Positions 1-9,667 of a stretch of 32,000 nt of DNA are shown here, one piece after another (position 1 is the stretch's first letter; each line of letters opens with the position of its first letter). The notes below the pieces were generated by a model, which ran no database searches, was not told where the DNA came from, and saw nothing but the letters and a program-made list of their open reading frames with translations. Origin of the DNA: Synechocystis sp. PCC 6803 substr. PCC-P (GTDB taxonomy: Bacteria; Cyanobacteriota; Cyanobacteriia; Cyanobacteriales; Microcystaceae); the NCBI RefSeq assembly GCF_000284455.1, contig NC_017039.1:1710001-1742000 (forward strand), in the 5' to 3' direction. The position numbers and the translations under genes are program-made.

Positions 1-687
1 TTCCCTAATCTTATTTTTTCGATGAATGGGGGCGTTATTCATAATCAAGATTGATTTGATTGTTAATGCTGGTATTAAAAATAATTAAAGCCATCCTTCA
101 AAACCCGTTGCATTTAAGCTTCATGTGAATAACATCGTCGCTATTAAGTCTTTTTTTGTTTTTCTTCTTCTTGCTACAAGATTTTCTTTTTCCCCCCTTT
201 TCCCCTGCTTTTTTCCATATACTCTTCCTCCTTTGTTAGACCATCCATAAAGTGAGGATACAAATTCCCCAAAACCAGCTTCGTCTATGAATACTCGACT
301 TTCAATACCGTATATTAAAACCAATTGGCTCAAGATTTTCTGATATTCTGCTCGCTTTTGGACATCTCTCTCTTGATAAAGTAACTGTTTTTTTCTAGTA
401 ATCTTCATTTTTTTGAATTGATAACAGAGTGAAGCAGGAGTTATACCAAATTTTTTAGCTCTTTCTTTTAAAAGCATATCAGGATTATTTTTCACATCCT
501 CTTCCAATTCTTTTATGTTTATCTTATGCTGGCGGGTCTCAACTTTCGTTGCCGCAAGCTCTTCTCTGCCCAACCAGCGATAAATTGTTGCTCTGCCCAC
601 CCTAAATGTTCTCGAAGCCTTTGTGATTCCATCACCACTCTCGATGAAATCTATAACCTTAAGACGTAAATCAAGATCGTAAGCCAT
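1..687 (-). pseudogene. IS630/Tc1-mariner family transposase remnant (ISY100-like), interrupted by in-frame stops and running off the left edge
   Basis: ORF 121..687 resembles the other transposase in this window (MAYxLDLRxxV...IYRWL...FGITPASLCYQFKKMKI...FIDEAGF...YGWSNKG). Reading the same minus-strand frame past the TGA at 121 gives SLNATGFEGWL*LFLIPALTIKSILIMNNAPIHRKNKIRE, matching the other copy's SLNAEGFEGWLKLYLLPSLDIPSILIMDNAPIHRK, with at least two in-frame stops. Confidence 0.85.
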
Positions 688-1161
688 GACTGATTTCGTT
701 ATTTATAGATTTTTGAGTTATTCTTGCAACATGTTACCAAAAAAAATTAGCAAAACCTCTCATAACTAGCTAAATTAGCTATACATGTGTAAATTTGAAT
801 GCATATTTGTAACTCACGGAGCCAATGTCCATGGGAATTCAAGTTTTGGGAAATTCAAGTTTAATCTCTCAGGGTAAATTCCCCGCCCCTTGAGGCGTAA
901 GTCTTAGAGCGGTAGTGCGTTCCGAAGGAAAAATTCCGTAATGCCCCGTTCGCTTGCGGCGGGGATATGAATTTTAGCGCTCCGCTCCCGATTTTTTACT
1001 GAACTACTTGAAGGCGCGTTTGAGCTTATCAATCCAGTTTGCTAATGCGGATTAGTTCACAGTGACTGACTTGACGTTGAAGGGACTTTAGCGTTCTAAT
1101 CGATCTAGTGGTTTCACCGGCTTTGCCCCGGTTGAGCAATCCTCTTTTTTTTGCAAATATC

Positions 1162-1437
1162 ATGACGGTTAAAGTTCTTATTCCGACTCCGCTACAAAAG
1201 TTCACCAGTGGTCAAGCTACCATTGATTGTGAAGCCGCTAACGTAGGGCAGTTGATTGAAGCTCTAGAAGCTAATTGCCCCGGCATCAAGGCCCGGCTGT
1301 GCGACGAAGAAGGCAAACCCCGCCGCTTTCTCAATTTTTACGTCAACGAAGAAGACATCCGCTTTTTGGAAGGTACGGATACAGCCCTGAGTGCAGGGGA
1401 TGAGGTAAGTATTGTGCCCGCCGTAGCTGGGGGCTAA
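1162..1437 (+). CDS. MoaD/ThiS-like ubiquitin-fold sulfur-carrier protein
   Basis: 91 aa from ATG at 1162 ([18 protein letters not shown]...); ends in a VPAVAGG diglycine tail typical of MoaD/ThiS proteins. The upstream in-frame ATG at 1108 looks less likely. Confidence 0.85.
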
Positions 1438-1591
1438 CGACCGCCGATCGCCTGAAAATTCAGGAGAGGTGAAAACATAGTCCACCTCACAACTAACTGT
1501 CCCAGGGGATTCCTTCCTGGGCTTTTGTTATGGCAGGAAATGGGGGTTTATATTGCCCCCTTGTTTCCCTATTTTGTCCATGGGCGGAATT

Positions 1592-2284
1592 TTACACCGT
1601 TGCCAGTTGGGGTTCTGGACGTTTGCTGTTGCGTACTCCGGCGATCGCCTCAGCGTAATTGGGGGCATTGAACACCGCAGAACCGGCCACAATGGCGTTG
1701 GCTCCGGCCTCTAGAACCTGCCAAGTGTTATTGGGTTTAAGACCACCATCCACTTCGATCCAGGGATCCAGACCCCGCTCATCACACATCTGACGGAGAG
1801 CACGGATTTTAGGCAACACTTCGGGAATGAAGCTTTGACCACCAAAGCCGGGATTAACGCTCATGATCAAGATTAGATCGCAGACGGGCAACACATATTC
1901 AAGAAAATCCAGAGGAGTGGAAGGATTGAGCACCGCCCCGGCCTTTTTACCCAATTCCCGAATTTGACAAAGGGTACGATGGAGATGGGGAGAGGCGTTG
2001 TGCTCCACATGGACGGAAATGATGTCAGCACCGGCCTTGGCAAAATCTTCGACGTATTTTTCCGGTTCAACGATCATTAAATGAACGTCCAGGGTTTTTT
2101 TTGTCAAGGGACGGATGGCGTCCACAATCAGCGGGCCAATGGTGATATTGGGCACAAAGCGGCCGTCCATCACATCAACGTGGATCCAATCAGCCCCTGC
2201 TTCGTCCACGGCTTTAATTTCTTCACCTAAGCGGCTGAAGTCCGCTGACAAAATTGAGGGAGCAACGACGATATTTTTGGACAT
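1592..2284 (-). CDS. rpe: Ribulose-phosphate 3-epimerase
   Basis: [61 protein letters not shown] and EVDGGL motifs. The likely start is [10 protein letters not shown] at 2284, not the longer ORF start. Confidence 0.96.
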   Translation of the reverse strand: MSKNIVVAPSILSADFSRLGEEIKAVDEAGADWIHVDVMDGRFVPNITIGPLIVDAIRPLTKKTLDVHLMIVEPEKYVEDFAKAGADIISVHVEHNASPHLHRTLCQIRELGKKAGAVLNPSTPLDFLEYVLPVCDLILIMSVNPGFGGQSFIPEVLPKIRALRQMCDERGLDPWIEVDGGLKPNNTWQVLEAGANAIVAGSAVFNAPNYAEAIAGVRNSKRPEPQLATV

Positions 2285-2436
2285 GGGAAGGGTCTCTAAG
2301 TATTTCAACTCATAAACAAGCTTGAAATTCAGTGTAAACAATTACGGTCAATTGTAGTAGGCCCCCAAACCCGGCCTTTAAAATAGGAAATAGCCTATTA
2401 GAACCAATGGGAACCTAAATTTAAGCCTACTTTTTA

Positions 2437-5298
2437 ATGTCTGACCCTGATGTGTCCGTCTCCCCAGTTAAGGCCGAGGCTTGGTATAGCTATGGCATCG
2501 ATAAAACCCTGCATCGGTTGACCACTGCTCCCCACCGGGGGTTGGCAGAAAAAACTGTGATGGAACGAAGACGCACCTATGGACTAAATGAAATTACCAC
2601 GATCGCCGGTCGTAATAATTGGCAAATTTTGCTGGATCAGTTCACCAATGTCATGCTCTTGATGTTGATCGGGGTGGCAATTATTTCTGGAGCATTAGAT
2701 CTGATCAGCTTAAGGTTGGGGGAAGAAACCATGGAGGGTTTTCCCTTCAAGGACACGATCGCCATTTTTGCCATTGTTATCCTGAACGGTTTATTAGGCT
2801 ATTTCCAGGAAAGTCGGGCGGAAAAAGCTTTAGCTGCTTTGAAGAAAATGGCGTCCCCCAAAGTCCAGGTACTGCGGGATGGCGATCGCCAGGAAATTAA
2901 GGCGGCCAGCTTGGTGCCGGGGGACATTATTTTGCTGGAGGCGGGCAGTCAACTCTGTGCCGATGGCCAACTGATCGAAGCGGCTAACCTTCTCATTCGA
3001 GAATCGGCCCTAACCGGGGAAGCCCAGCCAGTGGAAAAAAATGCCAGTAATACTGGTTTACCTTTAGATACTCCCCTTGGCGATCGCCAAAATATGGTCT
3101 TTTCTGGCACCGAAGTCGTCCAAGGCCGGGGCAAAGTGGTGATTACCAACACTGGCATGGCCACCGAATTGGGCAAAATCGCCGAGATGTTACAGAGGGT
3201 GGCCCCGGAACCCACCCCTTTGCAAAAAAGGATGGAAAACTTAGCCGGAGTGCTAGTGTCAGGCTCTCTCCTGCTGGTAACCCTGGTTATTATTCTGGGG
3301 GTGTGGCAGAGTGGCTGGGGCGAACTGCGGCAGTTGGTGGAAACGTCCCTCAGCATGGCGGTGGCGGTGGTGCCAGAAGGTTTACCGGCGGTGATTACGG
3401 TTACCCTGGCCCTGGGCACCCAGAGGATGATTAAACGCCATGCCCTAATTCGCAAATTACCAGCGGTGGAAACCCTCGGTTCCGTTAACGTCATTTGTTC
3501 CGATAAAACCGGCACCCTCACCCAAAATAAAATGGTGGTGCGGGAAGTGCTGACCCATGGCGATCGCCTCAGCATTGGCGGAGAAGGCTACCAACCCCAG
3601 GGCAACATCATCCACCTCTCGGATGGAGAACAGAGGGCGACCTCCGGACCATGGCCCCCGGCCTTGCAATTACTGTGTCTCAACGCCATCCTCTGTAACG
3701 ATTCTGAACTGAACTACAATCCAGGGGAAATGGAGTGGCAAGTGATTGGGGACCCCACCGAAGGAGCATTGCTAGTGCTGGCCAAGAAATTTGGCTTTGA
3801 CCAGGCACAGTTAAGACCTAGTTTTATGCGGCGGGGGGAATTTCCCTTTTCTTCGGAGCGCAAACGCATGGGGGTGATTGTGGAAGTGCCAGCCGAAGGA
3901 GAGTCCCCCTTAGCAAATTTATTGGGCATTTTAGAAAATTTGGCCTTAACGCCAGGGCCCTACCTAATTTTTTCCAAAGGATCGCCGGAGTTACTCCTCC
4001 CCCACTGCGGACAAATTCATACCGCTGACCATTGTGTACCCCTCAATTTCCAGCATCAAGAACAAATTTTGAGTGATAACAATCTCATGGCCAGTCGGGG
4101 ATTACGGGTGTTGGGTTTTGCCTGTAAATCCCTGGCCCAGATTCCCAGCACCCCTGACCTCATAGCTGCCGAAGATAATCTGGTGTGGTTGGGTATGGTT
4201 GGCATGTTGGATGCGCCCCGGCCAGAGGTACGGTTAGCAGTGGAAAAATCCCTCGCCGCTGGCATCCGCACCGTTATGATTACCGGTGATCATCCCCTAA
4301 CGGCCCTGGCGATCGCCAAGGATTTGGGCATCAATCAAGCTGGCGATCGTTTTTTGACTGGGCAAACCTTAGAACAACTACAACAAAGCGATCTGGAAGC
4401 CCAGGTGGAAGAAGTGAGCGTTTTTGCCAGGGTTTCCCCGGAACATAAACTACGCATTGTCAAAGCCTTCCAAGCTCGGAATCGTTTTGTGGCCATGACC
4501 GGAGATGGGGTCAATGATGCCCCAGCCCTCAAGCAAGCAGACATTGGCATTGCCATGGGTATCACTGGCACCGATGTGAGCAAAGAAGCCAGCGACATGG
4601 TTTTGTTGGACGACAACTTTGCCACCATTGTGGCCGCCGCCGAGGAAGGGCGGGTGGTGTATAACAACATTCGTAATTTCATCAAATATATTCTGGGTAG
4701 TAACGTGGGGGAAGTGATCACCATTGCGTCTGCTCCCCTTTTAGGGCTATCTGCCGTGCCCCTTACTCCCCTGCAAATTCTCTGGATGAATTTGGTCACC
4801 GATGGCTTGCCAGCCTTAGCTTTGGCCATGGAGCCGGGGGAACCAAATATTATGAAGCGTCGCCCCTTTAGTCCCCAGGAAAGTATTTTTTCTCGGGGAT
4901 TGGGGGCCTACATTATCCGCATCGGTCTGGTTTTTGCGGTGGTTACCATCACCCTTATGGTCTGGGCCTATCACAGTGCTGACCTAGCTGGTGCGCCCGA
5001 CAGTTGGAAAACCATGGTTTTTACCACCCTCTGTATTGCCCAGATGGGCCACGCCATTGCCGTACGCTCCAACCATCGTTTAACCATAGAAATGAACCCT
5101 TTGACCAATCCCTACCTGTGGGGGGCCGTAATTGTCACCACTATCCTGCAGTTATGCTTGGTGTATTTTGAACCCCTGAGAAATTTCTTTGGCACCGATT
5201 GGCTCAGTCCCCAGCAACTACTGGTTTGTTTTGGCTTTAGCAGTTTAATGTTCGTCTGGGTGGAGTTGGAAAAGTTATTGGCCCGGTTCATCAAATAA
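2437..5298 (+). CDS. pacL: P-type cation-transporting ATPase (P2A Ca2+/PacL-like)
   Basis: 953 aa with PEGLP, CSDKTGTLTQNKM phosphorylation site, MTGDGVNDAPALKQADIGIAMG hinge and C-terminal cation ATPase domain. Confidence 0.93.
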   Translation: MSDPDVSVSPVKAEAWYSYGIDKTLHRLTTAPHRGLAEKTVMERRRTYGLNEITTIAGRNNWQILLDQFTNVMLLMLIGVAIISGALDLISLRLGEETMEGFPFKDTIAIFAIVILNGLLGYFQESRAEKALAALKKMASPKVQVLRDGDRQEIKAASLVPGDIILLEAGSQLCADGQLIEAANLLIRESALTGEAQPVEKNASNTGLPLDTPLGDRQNMVFSGTEVVQGRGKVVITNTGMATELGKIAEMLQRVAPEPTPLQKRMENLAGVLVSGSLLLVTLVIILGVWQSGWGELRQLVETSLSMAVAVVPEGLPAVITVTLALGTQRMIKRHALIRKLPAVETLGSVNVICSDKTGTLTQNKMVVREVLTHGDRLSIGGEGYQPQGNIIHLSDGEQRATSGPWPPALQLLCLNAILCNDSELNYNPGEMEWQVIGDPTEGALLVLAKKFGFDQAQLRPSFMRRGEFPFSSERKRMGVIVEVPAEGESPLANLLGILENLALTPGPYLIFSKGSPELLLPHCGQIHTADHCVPLNFQHQEQILSDNNLMASRGLRVLGFACKSLAQIPSTPDLIAAEDNLVWLGMVGMLDAPRPEVRLAVEKSLAAGIRTVMITGDHPLTALAIAKDLGINQAGDRFLTGQTLEQLQQSDLEAQVEEVSVFARVSPEHKLRIVKAFQARNRFVAMTGDGVNDAPALKQADIGIAMGITGTDVSKEASDMVLLDDNFATIVAAAEEGRVVYNNIRNFIKYILGSNVGEVITIASAPLLGLSAVPLTPLQILWMNLVTDGLPALALAMEPGEPNIMKRRPFSPQESIFSRGLGAYIIRIGLVFAVVTITLMVWAYHSADLAGAPDSWKTMVFTTLCIAQMGHAIAVRSNHRLTIEMNPLTNPYLWGAVIVTTILQLCLVYFEPLRNFFGTDWLSPQQLLVCFGFSSLMFVWVELEKLLARFIK

Positions 5299-5406
5299 TT
5301 TTGGCCATTATCCAATTTTCCAGGCAAACAGTAGGGTAAAGGAGAGTTTTGCCGACGCTACCAGAAAAGTTAGAATAGTTGGCCAAAATAAGATTATTTC
5401 ACTACT

Positions 5407-5928
5407 ATGCCCCGCACCCAACGTAACGATAATTTCATTGATAAGTCCTTTACCGTTATGGCGGACATTATCCTAAAAATTCTGCCCACTAACCAAAAAG
5501 CGAAGGAAGCCTTTGTTTATTATCGGGATGGTATGTCGGCCCAGGCGGATGGGGAATACGCAGAGGCGCTGGATAACTATGAAGAGGCGTTACGGTTGGA
5601 GGAAAATCCCAATGACCGCAGTTATATTCTCTATAACATGGCCCTAATCCACGCTAGTAATGGAGACCATGAAAAGGCGTTGGGGCTTTACCAAGAAGCC
5701 ATTGAACTGAACCCCAAAATGCCCTCGGCGTTGAATAACATTGCGGTAATTTACCATTTCCAAGGGGAAAAGGCGAAGGAAGCAGGGCAGGAAGACGACG
5801 CAGAGAATTTATTTGATAAAGCGGCGGAATATTGGAAACAGGCCATACGCCTAGCCCCTAATAATTACATCGAGGCCCAAAACTGGCTCAAAATCACCGG
5901 GCGCTCTGAAATGGATGTGTTTTTCTAA
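5407..5928 (+). CDS. ycf3: Photosystem I assembly protein Ycf3 (TPR)
   Basis: [55 protein letters not shown]... matches the Ycf3 family; TPR repeats. Confidence 0.96.
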   Translation: MPRTQRNDNFIDKSFTVMADIILKILPTNQKAKEAFVYYRDGMSAQADGEYAEALDNYEEALRLEENPNDRSYILYNMALIHASNGDHEKALGLYQEAIELNPKMPSALNNIAVIYHFQGEKAKEAGQEDDAENLFDKAAEYWKQAIRLAPNNYIEAQNWLKITGRSEMDVFF

Positions 5929-5959
5929 CTCTCTTTTTCCCCGCGCTGCTTAATCCGAA

Positions 5960-7321
5960 CTACCCTTCGCCGCCTACATCATCTAAACGCCTAAGCATAC
6001 TGTCTGGGGGGGCATCATTTTTTATTTTGGCGATCGCCGTACTGGTGCCGGCATTGCCCCAACTAGCTCCCTGGGCTAGATAAATTTTTGCCCCTTCCCC
6101 AACAATATAGGTGCTGTAGGCGGCCACTCCCCCCTGGAGTAAGGCTCCCCCGGCATAGGCCGCTAGATTACCTGGGTTTTCAACAAGGCTGGCGGTTTTT
6201 TGTAAGCCTAAAAATAAAGCTGATACCCATTGACTCAATAAAATACCACCCGCACCGATCAGTACTTTTTTCCAGATGCGCCCTGCTTCGTAGCTCGTGA
6301 TGGGCAGGCCATAGATTCGGGCTAGATTCCGAATTAACAATAGGTCGGTGATCACACTGGCGGCTAAATCCAATAAACCAATGGGATTCACGGCGATCGC
6401 CAGGGCTTTATAGCGCATATATTTACTAATGAGTTGGTCAGCTTCAGCAGTGCGGATTTCAATGGTTTTAGTGGCAATATTCTTTTCGGCTTGTTCCACC
6501 TGGCGCAGAGCATTAAGGGCCAGCAGTTGACTGCCATCCTGGTTCAGAATAGTGAAAATTTTCTGGCGTAGTTGATCCAGTTTGGGGGCTGGTTTTTCCC
6601 ATCGCTCTTCTAGGGCCGGGCTAGGCCGAGAACCCTTAGGGGAGTTGCCATATTCCACCCGCACCATTATGGGGGGAGGTTCAGCGGCCACTAACACAAT
6701 GTCCTCGGCGGAAAAAATGGGGCTATCTTCCCCGTCAGGAGTGAGGGACTGTAGCTGAGCAAAAATTTGTTGTTGATCCTGCTCCGGATATAGATCGATT
6801 TTATTAAAAACTAGCAATAGAGGTTTTTGGGCCTGGCGCAATGTCTGGAGGGCAGTAAATTCCGTTTGGGTAATGTCCCCCGCAATAACAAATAAAATCA
6901 GATCTGCCTGGTGAGCTACGGTTTGGGCCATGGCGGCTCGGGCACCCCCGGCAATTTCATCTAGCCCTGGCGTGTCAATCAAATCAATTTGAATTTTGTC
7001 GTTACTGCACCACCGTACCGATTGAGGCCACTGGGTTACGCCATGGAGCGGTCCTGTTTCCAGGCGTTTTTCCCCCAACAAGGCATTAATCACGGTGGAT
7101 TTACCCCGACTGACTAAGCCAAAGGCCGCAATTTTAAATACCCGTTGCTCCAGTTTGGCTAAGGCTTGGTGCATGGCTTGAATGTCCTGGCGCACCGCCC
7201 CCTGCAATTCCAGATTGGGGGGATAGTTCCAATGGCGACGCTGGCTCGCATACCAATTTAACGATTGTTGGATGCTGGCGATCGCCGTAGAGAGGGCCGG
7301 ATCAGGGGCAGGGGAATTCAT
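5960..7321 (-). CDS. Era/dynamin-like membrane-associated GTPase with a C-terminal hydrophobic (DUF697-like) domain
   Basis: G1 GLVSRGKSTVINALLG, G3 DTPGLDE, G4 NKID, followed by hydrophobic segments (YKALAIAVNPIGLLDLAASVITDLLLIRNLARIYG, GGALLQGGVAAYSTYIVGEGA). Confidence 0.85.
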   Translation of the reverse strand: MNSPAPDPALSTAIASIQQSLNWYASQRRHWNYPPNLELQGAVRQDIQAMHQALAKLEQRVFKIAAFGLVSRGKSTVINALLGEKRLETGPLHGVTQWPQSVRWCSNDKIQIDLIDTPGLDEIAGGARAAMAQTVAHQADLILFVIAGDITQTEFTALQTLRQAQKPLLLVFNKIDLYPEQDQQQIFAQLQSLTPDGEDSPIFSAEDIVLVAAEPPPIMVRVEYGNSPKGSRPSPALEERWEKPAPKLDQLRQKIFTILNQDGSQLLALNALRQVEQAEKNIATKTIEIRTAEADQLISKYMRYKALAIAVNPIGLLDLAASVITDLLLIRNLARIYGLPITSYEAGRIWKKVLIGAGGILLSQWVSALFLGLQKTASLVENPGNLAAYAGGALLQGGVAAYSTYIVGEGAKIYLAQGASWGNAGTSTAIAKIKNDAPPDSMLRRLDDVGGEG

Positions 7322-7337
7322 TCAGCTAGGCAACAGA

Positions 7338-7817
7338 TTAATCGGGGAAAAACTCAGCATTGAGAATTTCCGCCAGGGAAAAGGGACAATCCAGGGGGAA
7401 AACTGATAGCGATAAAAACGTTTCCCTCACCGCATCCCTGCGGGCTATCTGATAACAACCGGGAAAATTATCAACCAAAAATGGTTTCAGACTAGGGCTA
7501 TCCCCGGTGATGAGGCCTAACTGACGACGTTGTTCGTTAATGGTCGCTGTCCAACTGTTAGAGCGTTTTTCCGGTTGATACCGCCATTCGAGCAAATGAA
7601 TCATCAAAACAATTAGTCTATTTTTAACTTCCCGTTTATCGCTGCGACCCATGGACTCTATTTCTTCAATTAAATTGTCTAAATCTAAGGATTGTAAATC
7701 GCCTTGTTTGAGTTGACGCACAGTTTCCTCAATCCAAAGATTGAAATCGGTGTCGTACAAAGTTGGGATTATCGCTTTGACCATTGTTGCGGGTTGGGTC
7801 GAAGAGGGGGTATTCAT
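7338..7817 (-). CDS. DUF29 family protein (tandem paralogue 1)
   Basis: TLYDTDFNLWIEETVRQLKQGDLQSLDLDNLIEEIESMGRSDKREVKNRLIVLMIHLLEWRYQPE, a DUF29 signature. Confidence 0.85.
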   Translation of the reverse strand: MNTPSSTQPATMVKAIIPTLYDTDFNLWIEETVRQLKQGDLQSLDLDNLIEEIESMGRSDKREVKNRLIVLMIHLLEWRYQPEKRSNSWTATINEQRRQLGLITGDSPSLKPFLVDNFPGCYQIARRDAVRETFLSLSVFPLDCPFSLAEILNAEFFPD

Positions 7818-7847
7818 GGAGCCAGGGAAATTTGCCAGAAAAATTAA

Positions 7848-8291
7848 TTAATCGGGAAAGAATTCTGCATCAAGCATTTCCGCCAGGGAAAAGGGACAAT
7901 CCACCGGAAAGTTTGAGAGGGGTAAATTGGTTTCGTTGGCTGCGCCCTTTCTCCCTTTAAGATAACAATCGGCAAATATGGTTTGCACATAGGGATTCAA
8001 GCTGGGGCTATCGGCCAGAATTAAATTAAGCTGATCCCTTTGCTCATCGATGGTGTTTTTCCAGCTACCAGTGCGCTTCTGGGGTTGATATTTCCATTTG
8101 AGCAGGTGCAGGAAAAGTACCTTCAAGCGACTATAAACTTCCCGTTTATCACTGCGGCCCATGGACTCTATTTCTTCAATTAAATTCTCTAAGTCTAAGG
8201 ATTGCAAATCACCTTGTTTGAGTTGACGCACAGTTTGCTCAATCCAAAGATTGAAATCGGTGTCGTACAAAGTTGTAGTTTTTTGCCCCAT
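7848..8291 (-). CDS. DUF29 family protein (tandem paralogue 2)
   Basis: TLYDTDFNLWIEQTVRQLKQGDLQSLDLENLIEEIESMGRSDKREV...FPVDCPFSLAEMLDAEFFPD; near identical N-terminus to the adjacent paralogue. Confidence 0.85.
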   Translation of the reverse strand: MGQKTTTLYDTDFNLWIEQTVRQLKQGDLQSLDLENLIEEIESMGRSDKREVYSRLKVLFLHLLKWKYQPQKRTGSWKNTIDEQRDQLNLILADSPSLNPYVQTIFADCYLKGRKGAANETNLPLSNFPVDCPFSLAEMLDAEFFPD

Positions 8292-8383
8292 GCCACTTTC
8301 CCCCTTTCCTTAATTCTAGAAGTTGACTGGCCATCGCAACTAGGGAGTGACGATGGCGATACCTTCTTAATCTACGGACAAAA

Positions 8384-8569
8384 TTAGGTGCTAGCCCCGG
8401 AAGCTACCACAGCCACCGCAATCAGCCCCGCCACCAGCACAACGGTAATGGCCGCCATAATCAAATAATTTCGTTTGTCGGCTTTACTGGGAGCATCGGC
8501 CGCATAGATCTTGGGTTCAACGGCAAAATTATTCAGCCGTCCATCATCGTCTTTAGTATAGTTGTTCAT
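8384..8569 (-). CDS. psb34: Psb34-like small single-TM photosystem II assembly protein
   Basis: 61 aa from ATG at 8569: MNNYTKDDDGRLNNFAVEPKIYAADAPSKADKRNYLIMAAITVVLVAGLIAVAVVASGAST. It has an Hlip-like N-terminal motif (GRLNNFAxEPK.Y) and one TM helix. Confidence 0.8.
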   Translation of the reverse strand: MNNYTKDDDGRLNNFAVEPKIYAADAPSKADKRNYLIMAAITVVLVAGLIAVAVVASGAST

Positions 8570-8671
8570 ATTTTTTAAAGTTCTCCTGTTGTCGTAAATG
8601 ACAAAAAAGTTTGTTATGCTACCCGGAGCCGGAATCTGCCGGAGCCAAGTTTTTGCATGATACCCCAAAAC

Positions 8672-9604
8672 CTAATTGGGCTTATCCCGGTTTAAAGGGG
8701 CAGAGGGGGGAAACTCGTCAGGATGTTGCCAAGATTTAGGGTCTTCCAGGGGCTCCAAATGGGTGGTTACCCTAGAGCCAGTAATCCGTTCGGCGATCGC
8801 CGTTTCGATGGCTTCACAGAGGTCATGGCCCCGTTGCACAGTCCAATGTCCAGGCACTAGGACATGGAAGGAAATAAAAGACTGGGAGCCGGCCTGCCTG
8901 GTTTGCAATAGATGAAAACGTACTCCTTGGTCTTCGTAGGGCAAAAAACAGCTAGTGATGGCCTGGAGTTGGGCCGGGGGCAGCGATTGGTCCATCAAGC
9001 TGGAGATGGTTTCCCGCAATAAATGGGTTCCTGTCCAGAGCACGTTGAATCCTACCCCAAGGGCTATCAAGGGATCTAGCCATTCCCAACCAGTGACAAA
9101 AATTAAAGCTACCGCCACCACCACCCCCACCGAAGTCCAGACATCGGTCATTAGATGCTGAGAATCGGCCCGCAAGGCAATGGAATTTAATCTTTTCCCC
9201 GCCCGCCAAAGAATCCAAGCCACTGTTCCGTTTAAGGCCGTAGCGGCGATCGCCAAGGCAATGCCCAAAGCATTTTGATCTAAGGGTCGGGGACTCAGTA
9301 AACGTTCTACAGCGCTGTAACCGATGCCAAGGGCCGCAACAAAAATGAAGGCCCCTTCTAATCCACTAGAAAAGTATTCCGCCTTGCTATGGCCAAAGGG
9401 ATGTTCAGAATCCGCCGGGGTAGCCGCTAAGGACAGAGCCCAAAAAGCAACGATCGCCGAAGCTAGGTTCACAGTGGATTCCAACGCATCGGACAACAGA
9501 CCCACAGAACCGGTAATGGCATAGGCCCCCAATTTCAATCCCATGGTGGCCAGGGCCGCACCAATGGAAAGAACCGCATAGGGACGGGCAAGACGGGCGG
9601 TCAT
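8672..9604 (-). CDS. Cation diffusion facilitator (CDF) family efflux transporter
   Basis: GLLSDALESTVNLASA, HPFGHSKAEYFSSGLEG, HLMTDVWTSVGV motifs and cytoplasmic C-terminal domain. Confidence 0.92.
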   Translation of the reverse strand: MTARLARPYAVLSIGAALATMGLKLGAYAITGSVGLLSDALESTVNLASAIVAFWALSLAATPADSEHPFGHSKAEYFSSGLEGAFIFVAALGIGYSAVERLLSPRPLDQNALGIALAIAATALNGTVAWILWRAGKRLNSIALRADSQHLMTDVWTSVGVVVAVALIFVTGWEWLDPLIALGVGFNVLWTGTHLLRETISSLMDQSLPPAQLQAITSCFLPYEDQGVRFHLLQTRQAGSQSFISFHVLVPGHWTVQRGHDLCEAIETAIAERITGSRVTTHLEPLEDPKSWQHPDEFPPSAPLNRDKPN

Positions 9605-9667
9605 GGGGGTTAAAAATGAAGGTTAAAAGATTTTATTCAGCAAATCAAAGCTGTTGCACAGGAAAAA

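Noticed and set aside
1108-1161. N-terminal extension [18 protein letters not shown] on the MoaD-like ORF
   Set aside because: It overlaps the hairpin/T-run and does not resemble the family. The ATG at 1162 begins a standard MoaD/ThiS fold.
2949-3575. 208-aa minus-strand ORF
   Set aside because: Lies wholly antisense to the P-type ATPase gene, is rich in Arg/Ser/Thr as expected from antisense of a coding frame, and has no recognisable domain. The same applies to 2619..2900, 3457..3669, 3714..3929, 4056..4271, 4335..4829 and 5112..5327.
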